A stretch of DNA of 64,000 bases from Octopus vulgaris (GCA_951406725.2 OX597816.1:156426001-156490000); one strand, 5' to 3'. Numbered from the stretch's first letter, positions 14,058 to 27,350 are shown. Translations and numbers: made by a program. The notes: generated by a model not told the origin, from the letters alone.

Positions 14058-14678
14058 ATATGTATATGTTTGTGTGTACGTGTGTATATGTATATATCAT
14101 ACTATAAATATTTGTGTGTGTGTGTATGTGTGTGTGTATGTATGTGTGTGTGTATGTTTGTGTGTGTGTGTGTGTGTTTGGAAACTGACAAAATATTTAG
14201 AGCGCTGGTTAAGATATCTTGCGGTATTTATTCCGATTTACTGCATCGTGGTTTAAGTGCGTGTCTCGCCGAATTCAACACTGTAGTTGATTGTTACGAG
14301 TTCAATACAAATTAAATATCATAATCAAAGGCGTTGAAATGGTGTAATTTTCTATGTGCCGGTCGGTGTGACATGCAGGTATCTGTTACTTGTCATTGGG
14401 TTCTGACGGCAGAACCTCGACCCACCACACAGGCCTAAACTTTTACTAACTGTACCTTTCCGCTTCGGAATGCATTGTTGACATAATGAGGAAGATCTAA
14501 ACTTGCAGGGGCAAAAGCTAATTTCCAATCGTAGAAAAGAGAGACCTTACCCAGGGGAACAATTACAGGGTTGTGTGTGCGCATGTGTGTGCATAACTGT
14601 CTGTCTGTCAGCCCGTCTATCTATCTAGCTATTCATCTATCTGTCTGCCTGTCTGCCTGTCTGCTTGTGCACCTATCT

Positions 14679-14769
<91 letters not shown>

Positions 14770-14820
14770 TATATATAACTATACATGCATACATACATAT
14801 ACATATATATGTATATATAA

Positions 14821-14852
<32 letters not shown>

Positions 14853-14859
14853 ATATTAA

Positions 14860-14926
<67 letters not shown>

Positions 14927-15397
14927 AAATAATAATGCACCACATATAGACAGACAGGTAGATAGATATACATAAATACATACATATATACATGCACATA
15001 TATAAACAAAATCACACTGAAAAATTACTATTTATGACATAGTACTGTATTTTACATGAAAGAATTAAATACGGTTATAGAATAAAGTTCGGTTAAAAGA
15101 ATAAAGGTTTGTGAAATTCAATACCCTACAAAGACCAGTAGCTTTATTTCACTTCAGGACGCTTCAGATCGGTTTTTACTTTACTGGACTTTATCATAGA
15201 AGTTTTGTAAAACGTATAATTCTTGTCACAAACAAACAAAAAGGAACACAGCGTAAATAATGGACAGAGTCAAAACTATTGGAAAGGTTGCGAGACGCAA
15301 CCAAAATTTTAGGAAAATAAAAATAAGAAATAGGTGGAAATTTTACCGGTGGAAATGACTCTCCTCACACAACAACAGTATATATATATATATATAT

Positions 15398-15442
<45 letters not shown>

Positions 15443-15445
<3 letters not shown>

Positions 15446-15558
15446 TATGGCAAAATGATGTGACATATTTGTAGGTTTAATTACATTTTTTCATTCTTTT
15501 CTCTATTTCTCTTATATTAAACCTACAAATGTGTCAGGTCATTTTGCCCCACCCTGTA
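15443..15558. mobile_element. Small Tc1/mariner-like MITE (~40 bp TIRs)
   Basis: ggcaaaatgatgtgacatatttgtaggtttaat versus attaaacctacaaatgtgtcaggtcattttgccccaccctg|TA. Confidence 0.65.
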
Positions 15559-15597
15559 TATACATAAATGTATGTAGGTGCGCGTGTGCGTTGTGTT

Positions 15598-15643
<46 letters not shown>

Positions 15644-16011
15644 TAGATAGATATATAGATAGATATACATATATATATATAGAAAGAGAGAGAATGATAG
15701 CGAGGGTGCGATGGAGCAAGTGGTGTACATTGGCATATAAAACAACTACATTTGAATACGCGTCTACATGCATACAGTCATGTAAGCATGCATGCAAACG
15801 CTTGCGTATACGACTGACAGGTGGTTCAGATATAAGCGGAATGCGTATATATTCACGTCTACCTCTTACTCCGAGTTAATATCCACGCGTTAAATAAAAC
15901 AAGAAGAGGTTATACTAAAAAACAATGCTTACCTATCATTTCCTTTTTTTCCTTGTATTTCCATCGCATATTTGTGCTTGCAGTCGCGCACGTGATACAG
16001 ACCTACATAAG

Positions 16012-16053
<42 letters not shown>

Positions 16054-16617
16054 TATATGTATATGTATATACGTAACAACAATAGAACTTTCAGTAATAA
16101 TATGTTATTCGTCCTTTCTTCCTTCCTTTTCCATGTTTCCTTGGGTCTTGTTAACTTTTACTTTGTCAAAATTCTATCGCAATATTCTTCTTGACATTGT
16201 TACTGGGGGCGTTTTTTTCTCTCTCAACATTAATTGTTATTTCTTGTTACATGTATTATGAGGATAAGGGTTTTGCATTAGTATTTCACTTCAATACTTT
16301 TCTTATATAGTTATATATATTATTGTAATTATTTCGGCTACCAACGCTTTTTTTTATACGACTTTATTTTGCTGGATTCCCATCCAGTTAGTTGTATACT
16401 CAATAAATAGAAGTGTACATACGTATGTATATATGCATGTATGTATGCACACTATAATTTTGAAGCAAGTAGAAAAATTTTTCAGTACTTATTCTTTGCC
16501 GTGCTGTGAGTACTCTTATTACTCCGAGTTTTGTAAGTATGTCTAATGACCAGCAGAACACTTGTGTAGTCAGGGATATATACAAATACCGACTTGGTGT
16601 AACCAGAAACACTATAG

Positions 16618-16676
<59 letters not shown>

Positions 16677-16909
16677 ATTTTTTTGTATGTATGTGTGTAT
16701 GTATATATAAATACAATATGTAAATAACTCTGTATGTAGTGTATGTGAATGTGTATAACTTTATGTAGTTTATAATTTATGTTGTCATATACATCATGTT
16801 CATTTTATATATACACTGTAAGTCGTCTGCGGCGTACACTGGTGTACTTTTTAGCATTTTCTTTGAGCTTACCCCTGTGGCAAATATGTAACGCAACAAC
16901 CTCACATTT

Positions 16910-17254
16910 CCCGCTGTCATCATCTTTATCAGCGTCATCATCGTTATCGCCGTCATCATCATCATCCTCATCTTCATCATCTTCATTATCATCGTCTTCA
17001 TCATCATCATCATATGATGATGATGATGATGATGAACTTCAGTAATTTGTATTAGCGTTGCGCTGATAGAAGATAGTGGAATCTCCATCCACTTCGTTCA
17101 GCATCTTCCTCACCTTTCCCCCCGTCATCAACACCATCCTCAACGTCAATATCATCGTCTCCACCTTCCACAGAATTCAAACACGCTTTCTAGTCTTTTT
17201 GACCTTGTGACAAATAAAAAGAAATAGCGTTGCTTACACCGACCACTATTACTA

Positions 17255-17301
<47 letters not shown>

Positions 17302-17550
17302 GCGACTGTTCGTGTTTGTTATTTGTATTGTTGCTACTGTTGTTCTGTTTTGGTTGTTGTTATATTATTTTTTATGTTGTTGATAACAATAAACGACACT
17401 ACATCTCGATTATCTTAGTTGCTGTTGCTGGTCTACTAGAAGTTATTGCTGTTGTTGTTGTTGTTCTTCTTCTTCTTACTGCTGTTCATGTAGTTCATGC
17501 TGGTGGCTGCTCCTTCCCCTATCGGTGTCGATACCGCTGATGCTGCTGCT

Positions 17551-17586
<36 letters not shown>

Positions 17587-17946
17587 AGTGGTTGTTAGAC
17601 GTAGTTTAAGGTATATTCATTCAGGTATCGGGCACTGTAGGCCGATCATCAGTTGTAATAATTACAGAGTATTATCATCATCGTTATTATTATTATTATT
17701 ATTACTTTTATTGATATTACTAATATTAGTAAAAGTAGTAGCAGTGGTAGTACTACTACTAGTAGTAGTACTGGCAGTAGTAGGAGTAGTAGTAGAAGTA
17801 ATATAGCTGATGTTCTTGTTATTTGTAATGTTTTCGTTGCTATGGTTTTAAATGCTGTTTTGTTGCATTTTCAAGCAAAAATCTACGTTTAAGTTTATCG
17901 TTGACTATTGTAGATGTTGTTGAGGCTGTCATCTTTGTTGTTGTTG

Positions 17947-17978
<32 letters not shown>

Positions 17979-18102
17979 GGTGGTGGCGGTGGTGTTCTTA
18001 CGGCTTATGTTGTATTTGTCGCTGTTGTTGTTGTTGTTGAGGCTGTTCCTCTGCTTCGTTGCCGTTGTAGTTGTGTTTGCTGCCGGCTTTGTGGTAGTAA
18101 TT

Positions 18103-18143
<41 letters not shown>

Positions 18144-18150
18144 GGTGATG

Positions 18151-18214
<64 letters not shown>

Positions 18215-18436
18215 CTGCAGCAGAAGTTGTTGTTGCCGTTGCTGCTGTTGTTATCTTTGTTTTTCGGTATTTTTTCCTCTTTTTTAGTTATCTTTTCCCG
18301 CTCCTGTGTTACGTTGTTGCTGCTGTTGTTGTTGATGCTAAAGCTGCTCCTGTGCTTATTGTTGTCATGTGTGAGATGTGTGATGAGTTGAAACTAAAAA
18401 TTAAATAAAAAATATTATTATTATTATTATTATTAT

Positions 18437-18504
<68 letters not shown>

Positions 18505-18527
18505 CCAGTAGTTGTAGTAGTAGTATT

Positions 18528-18580
<53 letters not shown>

Positions 18581-19255
18581 CAATATTATTATTATAAGTG
18601 GTAGTAGTAGTAGTAGTAGTTAGTAGTAGTTGTAGTAGTAGTAGTAGTAGCAGCAGCAGTAGTAATAGTAGTAGTAGCAGCAGCAGCAGCAACAGCAGCA
18701 GTAGAAGTGGTAGTAGTAGTAGTAGTAGTAGTAGTAGTTGTTGTAGTAGCAGCAGTAGCAGCAGTAGTAACAGTAGTAGTAGTAATAGTAGTAGTAGTAG
18801 TAACAGTAGTAGTAGTAGCAGCAGCAGCAGTAGTAGTAGTAGTAATAGTAGTAGCAGCAGCAGCAACAGCTGCAATAGCAGTAGTAATAGTAGTACTAGT
18901 AGTAGCAGTAATAGCCGCAGCAGTAGTGACAGTAGTAGTGGTAGAAATAGTAGTTGTAGTTATAGTAATAGTTGGTGTTGTTGTTGTTGGTGTTGTTGTT
19001 ATAGTGCGAAGTGTTATGTTTTGTATTTGTTATACTAGTTATTGTTTATGCTGCTGCTGCTGTTTGCTACTGATGTTGTTGTTGCTACTAATGTTGTGCT
19101 CGTGATTGTCGTTGTTGTTGTGTTTATCGATGTTGTCGTTGTTGTTGTTGTTATTGTTGTTGTTCTATCAGTGGCGGTAGAGTTATGACGTCGTTCGGTT
19201 GTTGTGTTTGTTGTTGTGACTACTACTGCTACTGCCGTTGATGATCGGCCTGTTG

Positions 19256-19287
<32 letters not shown>

Positions 19288-19330
19288 GGTGGTGGAAATG
19301 GTTTTGGTTTATGGTTTTGTTGCTGTCGCT
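16910..19330. repeat. Compound trinucleotide microsatellite domain (CAT/ATT/GTT/GCT/GGT/AGT)
   Basis: Visible runs that generate the poly-L/V/S/T ORFs. Confidence 0.95.
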
Positions 19331-19822
19331 CCTCTTCTTGGAAGACACCTGGCATTCAGGTTCTAATCCTGGTCTATTGCATCGTCTAAAGCTTCCCACG
19401 CACATGCACACACACACACACACACATACACTCATATGCACACACACATAGAGCAAGTCTGGTACTAAATCTATCGGTACCTTTTGCCGAACCGCTACTT
19501 GACATACACATATCAATATCGTCTGTCAAAAGGCATTTGGGTACAAACACAAGCACTAAGCAGTCATACATCATTACACACATACATGCAGGCTTCCACA
19601 CAGTTTCCGTTCACCAAATACACTTTCAAAGACTTGATCGTCCCAGGACTATAATAGATAACACCTGCCCAATATGCCGTGCAATGGGTTCGAACCCGAA
19701 AGCATGTGGTTGTAACGCGAGCTTCTTAACCACATAGTCACACACAAGCGAGAGAGGAAATACATATATGTTTTATGATGGCATCAATATCAGAAATTAA
19801 GAGAATATTAATTCTCTTAATA

Positions 19823-20113
19823 GTGGAGCCACATGGCCTAGTGGTTAGAGCAGCGGACTGCAGTCGAGGGATTGCGGGTTCGATTCTCAGACCGGGCGAT
19901 GTCTGTGTTTATGAGCGGCTCCGGCAGAAGGTAATGGCGAAGTTCTGCTGACTCTTTCGCCACAACTTTCTCTCACTCTTTCCTCCTGCATCTTGCAGCT
20001 CACCTGCGATGGTCCGGCGTGCCGTCCAGGTGGGGAACATATACGCCAAGGAAACCGGGAAACCGGCCCTTATGAGCCAGGCGTGGCTCGAGAAGGAACA
20101 AAGAACAACAAAC
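19823..20113 (+). mobile_element. tRNA-derived SINE with 13-bp TSD (V-domain-like body)
   Basis: TSD aattctcttaata at 19810-19822 and 20114-20126. A-box tggcctagtgg, B-box ggttcgattc. cctgcgatggtccggcgtgccgtccagg resembles the V-SINE core (from memory). Confidence 0.85.
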
Positions 20114-20141
20114 AATTCTCTTAATAATCATACAACGTAAA

Positions 20142-20360
20142 GCGACGAGCTGGCAGAATCGTTAGCACGCCGGCCAAAATACATAGCTTCATTTCACCAG
20201 TCTTTACGTTCTGAGTTCAAATACTACCGAGGTCGACTTTGCCTTTCATCCGTGTCGGAGTCAATAAAATAGGTACCAGTTGAGCATTAGCATCGGTGCA
20301 ATCGACTTACTCCCTCCCTTTTGTGCCGAAATTGCTGGCCTTGTGACAAAACTTGAAGCC
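20142..20360 (+). mobile_element. SINE family S2 monomer
   Basis: gcgacgagctggcagaatcgttagcacgccgg...gaggtcgactttgcctttcatcc. Confidence 0.85.
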
Positions 20361-20374
20361 AATAATGACACAAT

Positions 20375-21072
20375 ATAACACTTCTATATTTAAGAGATGT
20401 TGAATAATGTACATTATTTACATTATTTAGATTTGTCGGATATTTGTCTTCATCTTGTTTGTTGTTAACACAACGTTTCGGTTGATATATCCTCCAGCCT
20501 TCATCAAGTGTCTTTGAAAAATTTCGAACCTGGGTTATAATTGCGAAGGTATTTTTCGATGTTGTTGTTATTATTATTATCATTATTATTATTATTGAGT
20601 GAGAGAGCAGTGCATGCCATCAAAGTGACACTGGGGTAAAATATACGAAGCCCAATATACCCATCATGACTACCCGTCTGATAAAGGTACACTAGGCACA
20701 TGCATCACAACCATATGTGCACGACATGGTGATCTCATATCAAGATAAACAGCACATGACCTTGCAGGTGGGGCCCAGTTAGAATTTTCTTCGGGTTGAG
20801 TAGCCCATCCCGCTCAAAAGGTCCCTGAATAAGGGTTGTTTAAGGATGTTGAAAGAACCACCCATGTTTCCAGAGGTGAATTATTCAAACCCCAAAGAAT
20901 CCCTCTCAACACATGGCTATGATGCTCCCCCACTACTTCTACTCGTGATCAGAGATGCACATATCATCAGCCACTAAGGGATATGCTCAACTGGTTAAGG
21001 TCAAACAACTGACAAGCAAATCTGTGGTATTGAGCAGAATATTTGCTGTAGCGCATCTTTTATACCAAGACA

Positions 21073-21145
<73 letters not shown>

Positions 21146-21217
21146 TCACTGCCTGGAATCGGACTCAGAATCTTGGTGTTAGTAGCCCGCACTCTTAATC
21201 ACTACGCCATATGCCCG
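20375..21217 (-). mobile_element. tRNA-headed, (AAT)n-containing, HHR-tailed element (solo copy, interrupted by 20597-21072)
   Basis: Minus strand reads cgggcatatggcgtagtgattaagagtgcgggctactaacacc...(aat)n...acccaggttcgaaatttttcaaagacacTTGATGAaggctg...caaccGAAACGTTgtgtt. Homologous to 27108-27350. Confidence 0.8.
20597..21072. mobile_element. Unclassified ~475 bp insertion into an (ATT)n tract
   Basis: Complex sequence bounded on both sides by (att)n and absent from the homologous element at 27108-27350. Confidence 0.65.
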
Positions 21218-21888
21218 CGAACTGGAGACGGGAGACGACTGTGCAGATGTGAGGCAGGGATAAAGGTGATAAAGTTTTGAGGGTAGACAAATGATGGGGG
21301 TTCGAGATTTACATTCAGAACTCTCTTGGTATCGGATCTTTGCCAGTTTACATTAATGATTCAAAGAGATTTCAATCAGGTTTTCTTATGTGCGTATTTG
21401 TGTATATATATCGTTTATCTTGTATTTTTTAACTGTTTCAGCTATTGGACGGTGGTCATACTAGGGCACTGCTTTGAAGGGGTTAGTTGAACAAATAGAC
21501 CCCATTACGTATTTTTAAGTCTTGAATTTATTCTCTCGATCTCTTATACAGAATCACAAAGTTACCGGAACATACCAAATCAGGACCAGTGCTAAAGATT
21601 TGAGGGTAGACAACCATAATGGCACGAACACACATACAAACACACACACATACAAACACACACACATACAAACACACACACACACAAGCACCTTTTATCT
21701 TTTAGCTTTTACTTGTTTCACTCGTAGGAATACGGCCATGCTGGGGCACTGCCTTGAAGAACTGTTAGTCCAATTAGCCCTGGACTTATCTTCTAAAGTT
21801 TGATACTCATTTAATCGCTTCTTTTACCGAACTGCTAATTTACAACACCAATGCTTAAGTAATAGAAGACACCTTAAGTAATAGAAGA

Positions 21889-22303
21889 CGGCGGTGAGCT
21901 AGCAGAAACGTTAGCACGCCGGGCGAAATGCTTTGCGGTATTTCGTCGTGCCGCTACGTTCTGAGTTCAAATTCTGCCGAGGTCGACTTTGCCTTTCATC
22001 CATTCAGGGTCGATTAAATAAGTACCAGTTACGCACTGGGGTCGATATAATCAACTTAATCTGTTTGTCTGCCCTTGTGTGTCCTCTCTGTATTTAGCCC
22101 CTTGTTGGTAGTAAAGAAATAGGTATTTCGTCTGTCTTTGTGTTCTGAGTTCAAATTCCGCCGAGGTCGACTTTGCCTTTCATCCTTTCGGGGTCGATAA
22201 ATTAAGTATCAGTTACGCACTGGGCTCGATGTAATCGACTTAATTCCTTTGTGTGTCTTTTTTGTCTCCTCTATGTTTAGCCCCTTGTGGGCAAAAAAAA
22301 AAT
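21889..22303 (+). mobile_element. SINE family S2, internally duplicated (dimer)
   Basis: gttctgagttcaaattc...gccgaggtcgactttgcctttcatcc...tttagcccctt occurs twice in tandem. Confidence 0.9.
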
Positions 22304-22942
22304 AGATGGCACTTAAGGTTCCACACAGTGGACTGAAGACGAAACCACGTGGCTGGGAAACAAACTTACCACACAGCCACGCCTGCACCTGTCTTCATCC
22401 CGTAGTTCTAATTTTTCTATCGTCGATGCCAATGAACTAATGCAAGACGATGCACACCTCGTTATTGGAGCATAAGTAGGTACTTATGAGAAAGGGACAG
22501 TTAAAGGTTCTAATTGCTTCAACCATGCACATAATGAATCAAAAAGTGAAGTTGCTGTCGATATCGAATATGCACGAAATATGTACCACTTTCACAGATT
22601 CTGAAATCATGGGTGATTTTCCAGTATTTGTGAAATATCAGAGTAATCTGTACTCATTTATGAACATTATACACGTGAAATGGAAATCCTTCTACATATT
22701 ACAGTAGACACTTCTTGGGGGGAAAAATAGATGTTAAAGCTCTTATAAGTACAACAATATATATATATATATATATATCGTATTTGAATACTATGCAAAT
22801 ATTCTTTTAAAAAACTTTTCTTTTAATTTTTCCAAAATTTTATTGATTTCCATACTTACAGTTGAAAAAATCTAAATGACTGAAACCGGTACTGAAATGT
22901 TTTTTATAAAATTATTTTAGCATTTTCTAGATTGTCTTTTTT

Positions 22943-22995
<53 letters not shown>

Positions 22996-23008
22996 CATAC
23001 ATACACAC

Positions 23009-23054
<46 letters not shown>

Positions 23055-23127
23055 TATATGTATAAATATGTATATACATATATACATACATATATATATA
23101 TATTTATATATATACATGCATACATAC

Positions 23128-23214
<87 letters not shown>

Positions 23215-23217
<3 letters not shown>

Positions 23218-23383
23218 ATACAAACAGGAAGACACAGAAAAAAAGTATTATTGACGCTCAGGAAAGAAGGGAAGGAGAGTTTAACGTTTCGAGCGGAGCT
23301 CTTCGTCGGAAACAAGGAGAAGGAAAGATCCCAAGGAGGGAAGACAGAGGAGAAAATATTTGAGCTGGTGGTGCTCAAGAGAT

Positions 23384-23390
<7 letters not shown>
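23215..23390 (-). mobile_element. Short HHR-bearing repeat H1 inside (TA)n
   Basis: HHR at 23279-23313 (minus): GTTT-CCGACGA-A-GAGC-tcc-GCTC-GAAAC-GTT-AAAC. Confidence 0.75.
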
Positions 23391-23440
<50 letters not shown>

Positions 23441-23461
23441 ACGACGGGCTTCTTTCTTTCT

Positions 23462-23507
<46 letters not shown>

Positions 23508-24084
23508 ACGACGGGCTTCTTTCTTTCTTATCTGTATATATATATATATATATATAAATTTGTAGCAACGTTATAGGAGAGTAAGTAACTGCACGAATCA
23601 CGTTTAGCTCTAAATAACTTTTCTATTTTAAGAGCAAAATATATTTATATTAGCTTCAATGAGAGAAGAAAGCAGGAAATAATTTCATAGTTTTGGTCCC
23701 ATGCAACAAATATTTGTATAAAAAAAGTTGTGAGGTAGGTAAAATATCATGGCAAAAAATATAAATAAGGTGAAACATTGGATTTAAGTATAATTAACTT
23801 TTTTTTTATCTTAGAAACAGATTATATTTTAATTAAGCTTAGATAATAGATCTTAATTCGAGGAATTTCATGATATCAATCTTATGCAATGAAGTTTTTT
23901 AAAAGAAAAAAGTTATGAGTATTTGTTTCTCAAATTTGAGGTTGATAATATGGTTCTATACCTTTACATGAATATAGTTCTATCAGGAGTCTTTTAATAT
24001 ATGTCATCGGTGACATTGGGATAAGGAAAAAATTATCAACTACACCGCTTATTACACATTTGACACATTATTAATTAGCATAAT

Positions 24085-24464
24085 GGAAGCACTCCGTCGG
24101 TTACGACGACGAGGGTTCCGGTTGATCTGATCAACGGAACAGCTTGCTCGTGAAATTAACGTGTAAGTGGCTGAGCACTCCACAGACACGTGTACCCTTA
24201 ACGTAGTTCTCGGGGATATTCAGCGTGACACAGAGAGTGACAAGGCCGGTCCTTTGAAATACAGGTACAACAGAAACAGGAAGTAAGAGTGAGAGAAAGT
24301 TGTGGTGAAAGAGTACAGCAGGGATCACCACCATCCCTGCCGGAGCCTCTTAGAGCTTTAGGTGTTTTCGCTCAATAAACACTCACAACGCCCGGTCTGG
24401 GAATCGAAACCGCGATCCTACGACCGCGAGTCCGCTGCCCTAGCCACTGGGCCGTTGCGCCTCC
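24085..24464 (-). mobile_element. Full-length tRNA(Arg)-like SINE (octopus OR-type, family S3) with 12-bp TSD
   Basis: TSD aattagcataat at 24073-24084 and 24465-24476. Head ggaggcgcaacggcccagtggctagggcagcggactcgcggtcgtaggatcgcggtttcgattccc. Confidence 0.9.
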
Positions 24465-24499
24465 AATTAGCATAATAGCATAGCCTAGAAAAAACATGG

Positions 24500-25350
24500 A
24501 TTACATGGAAAAATGCGAGCAAGAGAAATAATATTCTTACGATTATAAAGCTGGAAAATTACAGGACAAGTTATTGTACTTGGAAAAGTTCAGGATAACT
24601 TATTACAACTGGTAAAGTACAGAACAAGAAAATTTTTGTTTAAAATACTGCAGCTAAGGATAAAATTTGAATATTAAAACTTATTTGATTTTAATTAAAA
24701 AGGTACCATCTTTTTGTCAAAGTATTGACACAATAGAATACTTAAAAATGGGAGCCAGAAGTACCAATATAGCTAAAGTTTTATGCAAAGTAGAATAGTA
24801 TATATGGTAGACAAATTCATTACGTAAAAAATAGGCATTGAGTCAAGACTAAAATGTGAAGACTTGGCAATAACTTAAGCAAATTTTACTGTGAATTTGT
24901 TGTTATAGGTAGATTTTACTGTAATATATAACTAATTTTTCTATTATTCTATTTATTGTACAAATTATATAATACTATTATCTTTTATAATCCATTTTCA
25001 AATTTCTAATTATTAATTGATAATTTAAAAATTGAATTTTTCAAAGTGCAAAACATGTTTTAATTGATTTTTTTTTATTATTAGAAGTAACAAGTAATAA
25101 CAAACAGAAGTAATAGCTTGTAATAATTTTATTTTAGTTCCAATAAATGCTAATATTTTCTAAATATAAATATTTTATTTGAAATTCTATCCTTAGCTGC
25201 AATATTTTAAGTAAACATTTGCTAATTGTGTACTTTACCAGATGTAATAAGTTGTCCCGAACTTTTCCAACTGTAATAATTTGTCCTGTAATTTTCCAGG
25301 TTTATAATCTTGAGAATATTAACACTCTTGCTCGGGGTTTTCCATGTAAT
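24500..25350. mobile_element. Non-autonomous DNA transposon/foldback with ~175 bp terminal inverted repeats
   Basis: Termini ATTACATGGAAAA...TTTTCCATGTAAT. Matching internal pairs include ctggaaaattacaggacaa/ttgtcctgtaattttccag and gcagctaaggata/tatccttagctgc. Confidence 0.8.
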
Positions 25351-25589
25351 ACGTATTTGTATGTCTCTGTTTATCCCCACCCCACCATCGCTTGACAACC
25401 AATGCTGGCGTGTTTACGTACCCGTAACTTAGAGGTTCGGAAAAAGAGAACGATGGAATAAGTACTAGGCTTACAAAGAATAATGGGGAACAGCTATCTT
25501 TCTCCATGACTCCTTTACAGTTGATGCCAATGGCATATTTTCCAACGGCTATTGCGAATGTATATCTCTATTCAACAACGCCAATGACA

Positions 25590-26579
25590 TAGTCATTGCT
25601 GGTTTTTACAGGTTTCCCCAACACATCTAAAGTGTTTTGAAGAATGCCTCAACAACGTCCTTCAAAAATACAACTTCGGAAACATACTAGTGATGGGTGA
25701 TTTTAACCTCACTTATATAAACTGACCCACAAATACTCTGAAGTTAGGCAAATGCACTACACCACACAAAGCAGCAGCAGTATTACTCCTTAATCTAATG
25801 GATGACTTTTTCCTGACTCAGCCAGTGCCCGAACCAACAAGACAATAAACCGATCTTAGATCTAATATTAACCGAGTACTCGAGCTCTTTTCACAGTATT
25901 TCAGTTGAAAACACTCTCCTCTTGGACCATGACATGATATTTTAAAACTTTAATTTCCGGCCAATCCCACTCCACTGCACTTATTTGACAACATTAACTT
26001 CCACAAAGCGGACTTGTGAGCAATAAGAAAGGACATGTCCTTTATCGATTGGTCCTTCATTCTCAGTTCCACTGACATTGAAACCGCATGGCAGTGCTTT
26101 GAAGACATTGTCACTTATACATGCTCAAACACGCTCCAACGAAATCCACTACACAAACAGAAACAGGGTCCCTAGAGAAAAAGAAATCCTCATCAGGCAC
26201 ATCAAAATACTTAAACAGCCAATTAAAATACTCCCACTTACAATCCATATTCAAGAAGAATGAAAGACCTGAAGTTGGAAAAACTTGCTCTGCAAACCAA
26301 CATGGAAACCTCCATTGAAAATCAAAGAGCTGCAGAGGAACAGCGGGTAATCAAAAAAATCAAACCCAAAAGTGTTCTATTCATATGCAAATAAGCATAA
26401 GACTGCTGTCTCCCTCATTGGTCCATTGATCTATCATAACAGCATTCTACAACACGATGCTAAAGAAATGACAGAAGTACTGCAGAAACAATACTGCTCT
26501 GTCTTAAGTGATGTGAACAAAGTCGATTCCCAACATAAAATGTCGGACATAACCTTTTCTGATTCAGACATCATAGCAG
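25590..26579 (+). mobile_element. CR1/L2-like LINE ORF2, 5' part (decayed APE endonuclease and linker)
   Basis: atactagtgatgggtgattttaac translates to ILVMGDFN, followed by a PTR..DL-like and a DH motif, then FYSYANK...IGPL. Many stops and frameshifts. Confidence 0.75.
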
Positions 26580-27079
26580 ATGCAACCAATAAACTGTCTA
26601 CGGTCTGGCTACTCTATGTGAAAAGCTTCTCCGAAAAGATACAAAAGATATGCGGCCCATATGACATCAGTATTCAAGAGTAATACAACACTTCGCAAAT
26701 ATCTCCTTCGAGTAAAACCACGAACAGAAGATAATATGACCAAAAACTGCTTGTACTCCATCCAATGCAGCTGTGGAAGGTTATACAAAGGTGAAACATA
26801 CCGCCCCCTCAAAACAAGGGTAGAGGAACATCGCAAAGCTGTGACACGAAGAGATATTGATAAATCGGGTATAGCTGATCATCTATGGAAAAATGGAGAC
26901 CACCTCCCCTGTGGGATGAAGTTAAAATAATTGACAGAGAACACCCCTGGAAAATTCGAAATCTAAAAGAAACAGCACATATGCTAGAACACAACAACCA
27001 CCTAAGCAGACCGAGTGCAGATATGAATAGCAATTGGGAGCGGATATTAAGGAATGATAGGAAAATATTAGATTTATAA
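26580..27079 (+). mobile_element. Penelope-like element 3' fragment encoding GIY-YIG endonuclease (frameshifted)
   Basis: LYVKSFSEKIQKICGPYDI..VFKSNTTLRKYL..KNCLYSIQCSCGRLYKGETYRPLKTRVEEH..SGIADHLW..WDEVKIIDRE..RNLKETAHM matches PLE GIY-YIG motifs. Confidence 0.88.
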
Positions 27080-27107
27080 GCCCTAAAATTCACTCCATAA
27101 TCGCCCA

Positions 27108-27350
27108 CGGGCATATGGTGTAGTGGTTAAGACCACGGGCTACTAACCCCAAGATTCCGAGTTCGATTCAATGATAATAATAATAATAATAGTAGTAATA
27201 ATAATAATAATAATAACAATAATAATAACAACAACAACAATAACTTCGAAAAATACCCTAGGAATGAGAACCCAGGTTCGAAATTTCCCTAAGACACCTG
27301 ATGACGGATGGAGAGTATATCCGTCAAATGTAAATAATATAAATAATGAA
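27108..27350 (+). mobile_element. tRNA-headed, (AAT)n, HHR-tailed module directly after the GIY-YIG ORF
   Basis: A-box tggtgtagtgg (27116), B-box gagttcgattc (27159), (aat)n, then gacacCTGATGA (27293-27304) with a decayed GAAAC half. Confidence 0.75.

Noticed and set aside
19823-27170. Functional tRNA genes at SINE heads
   Set aside because: A and B boxes are present, but there is no complete cloverleaf or acceptor stem, and the heads run into repeat bodies with TSDs.
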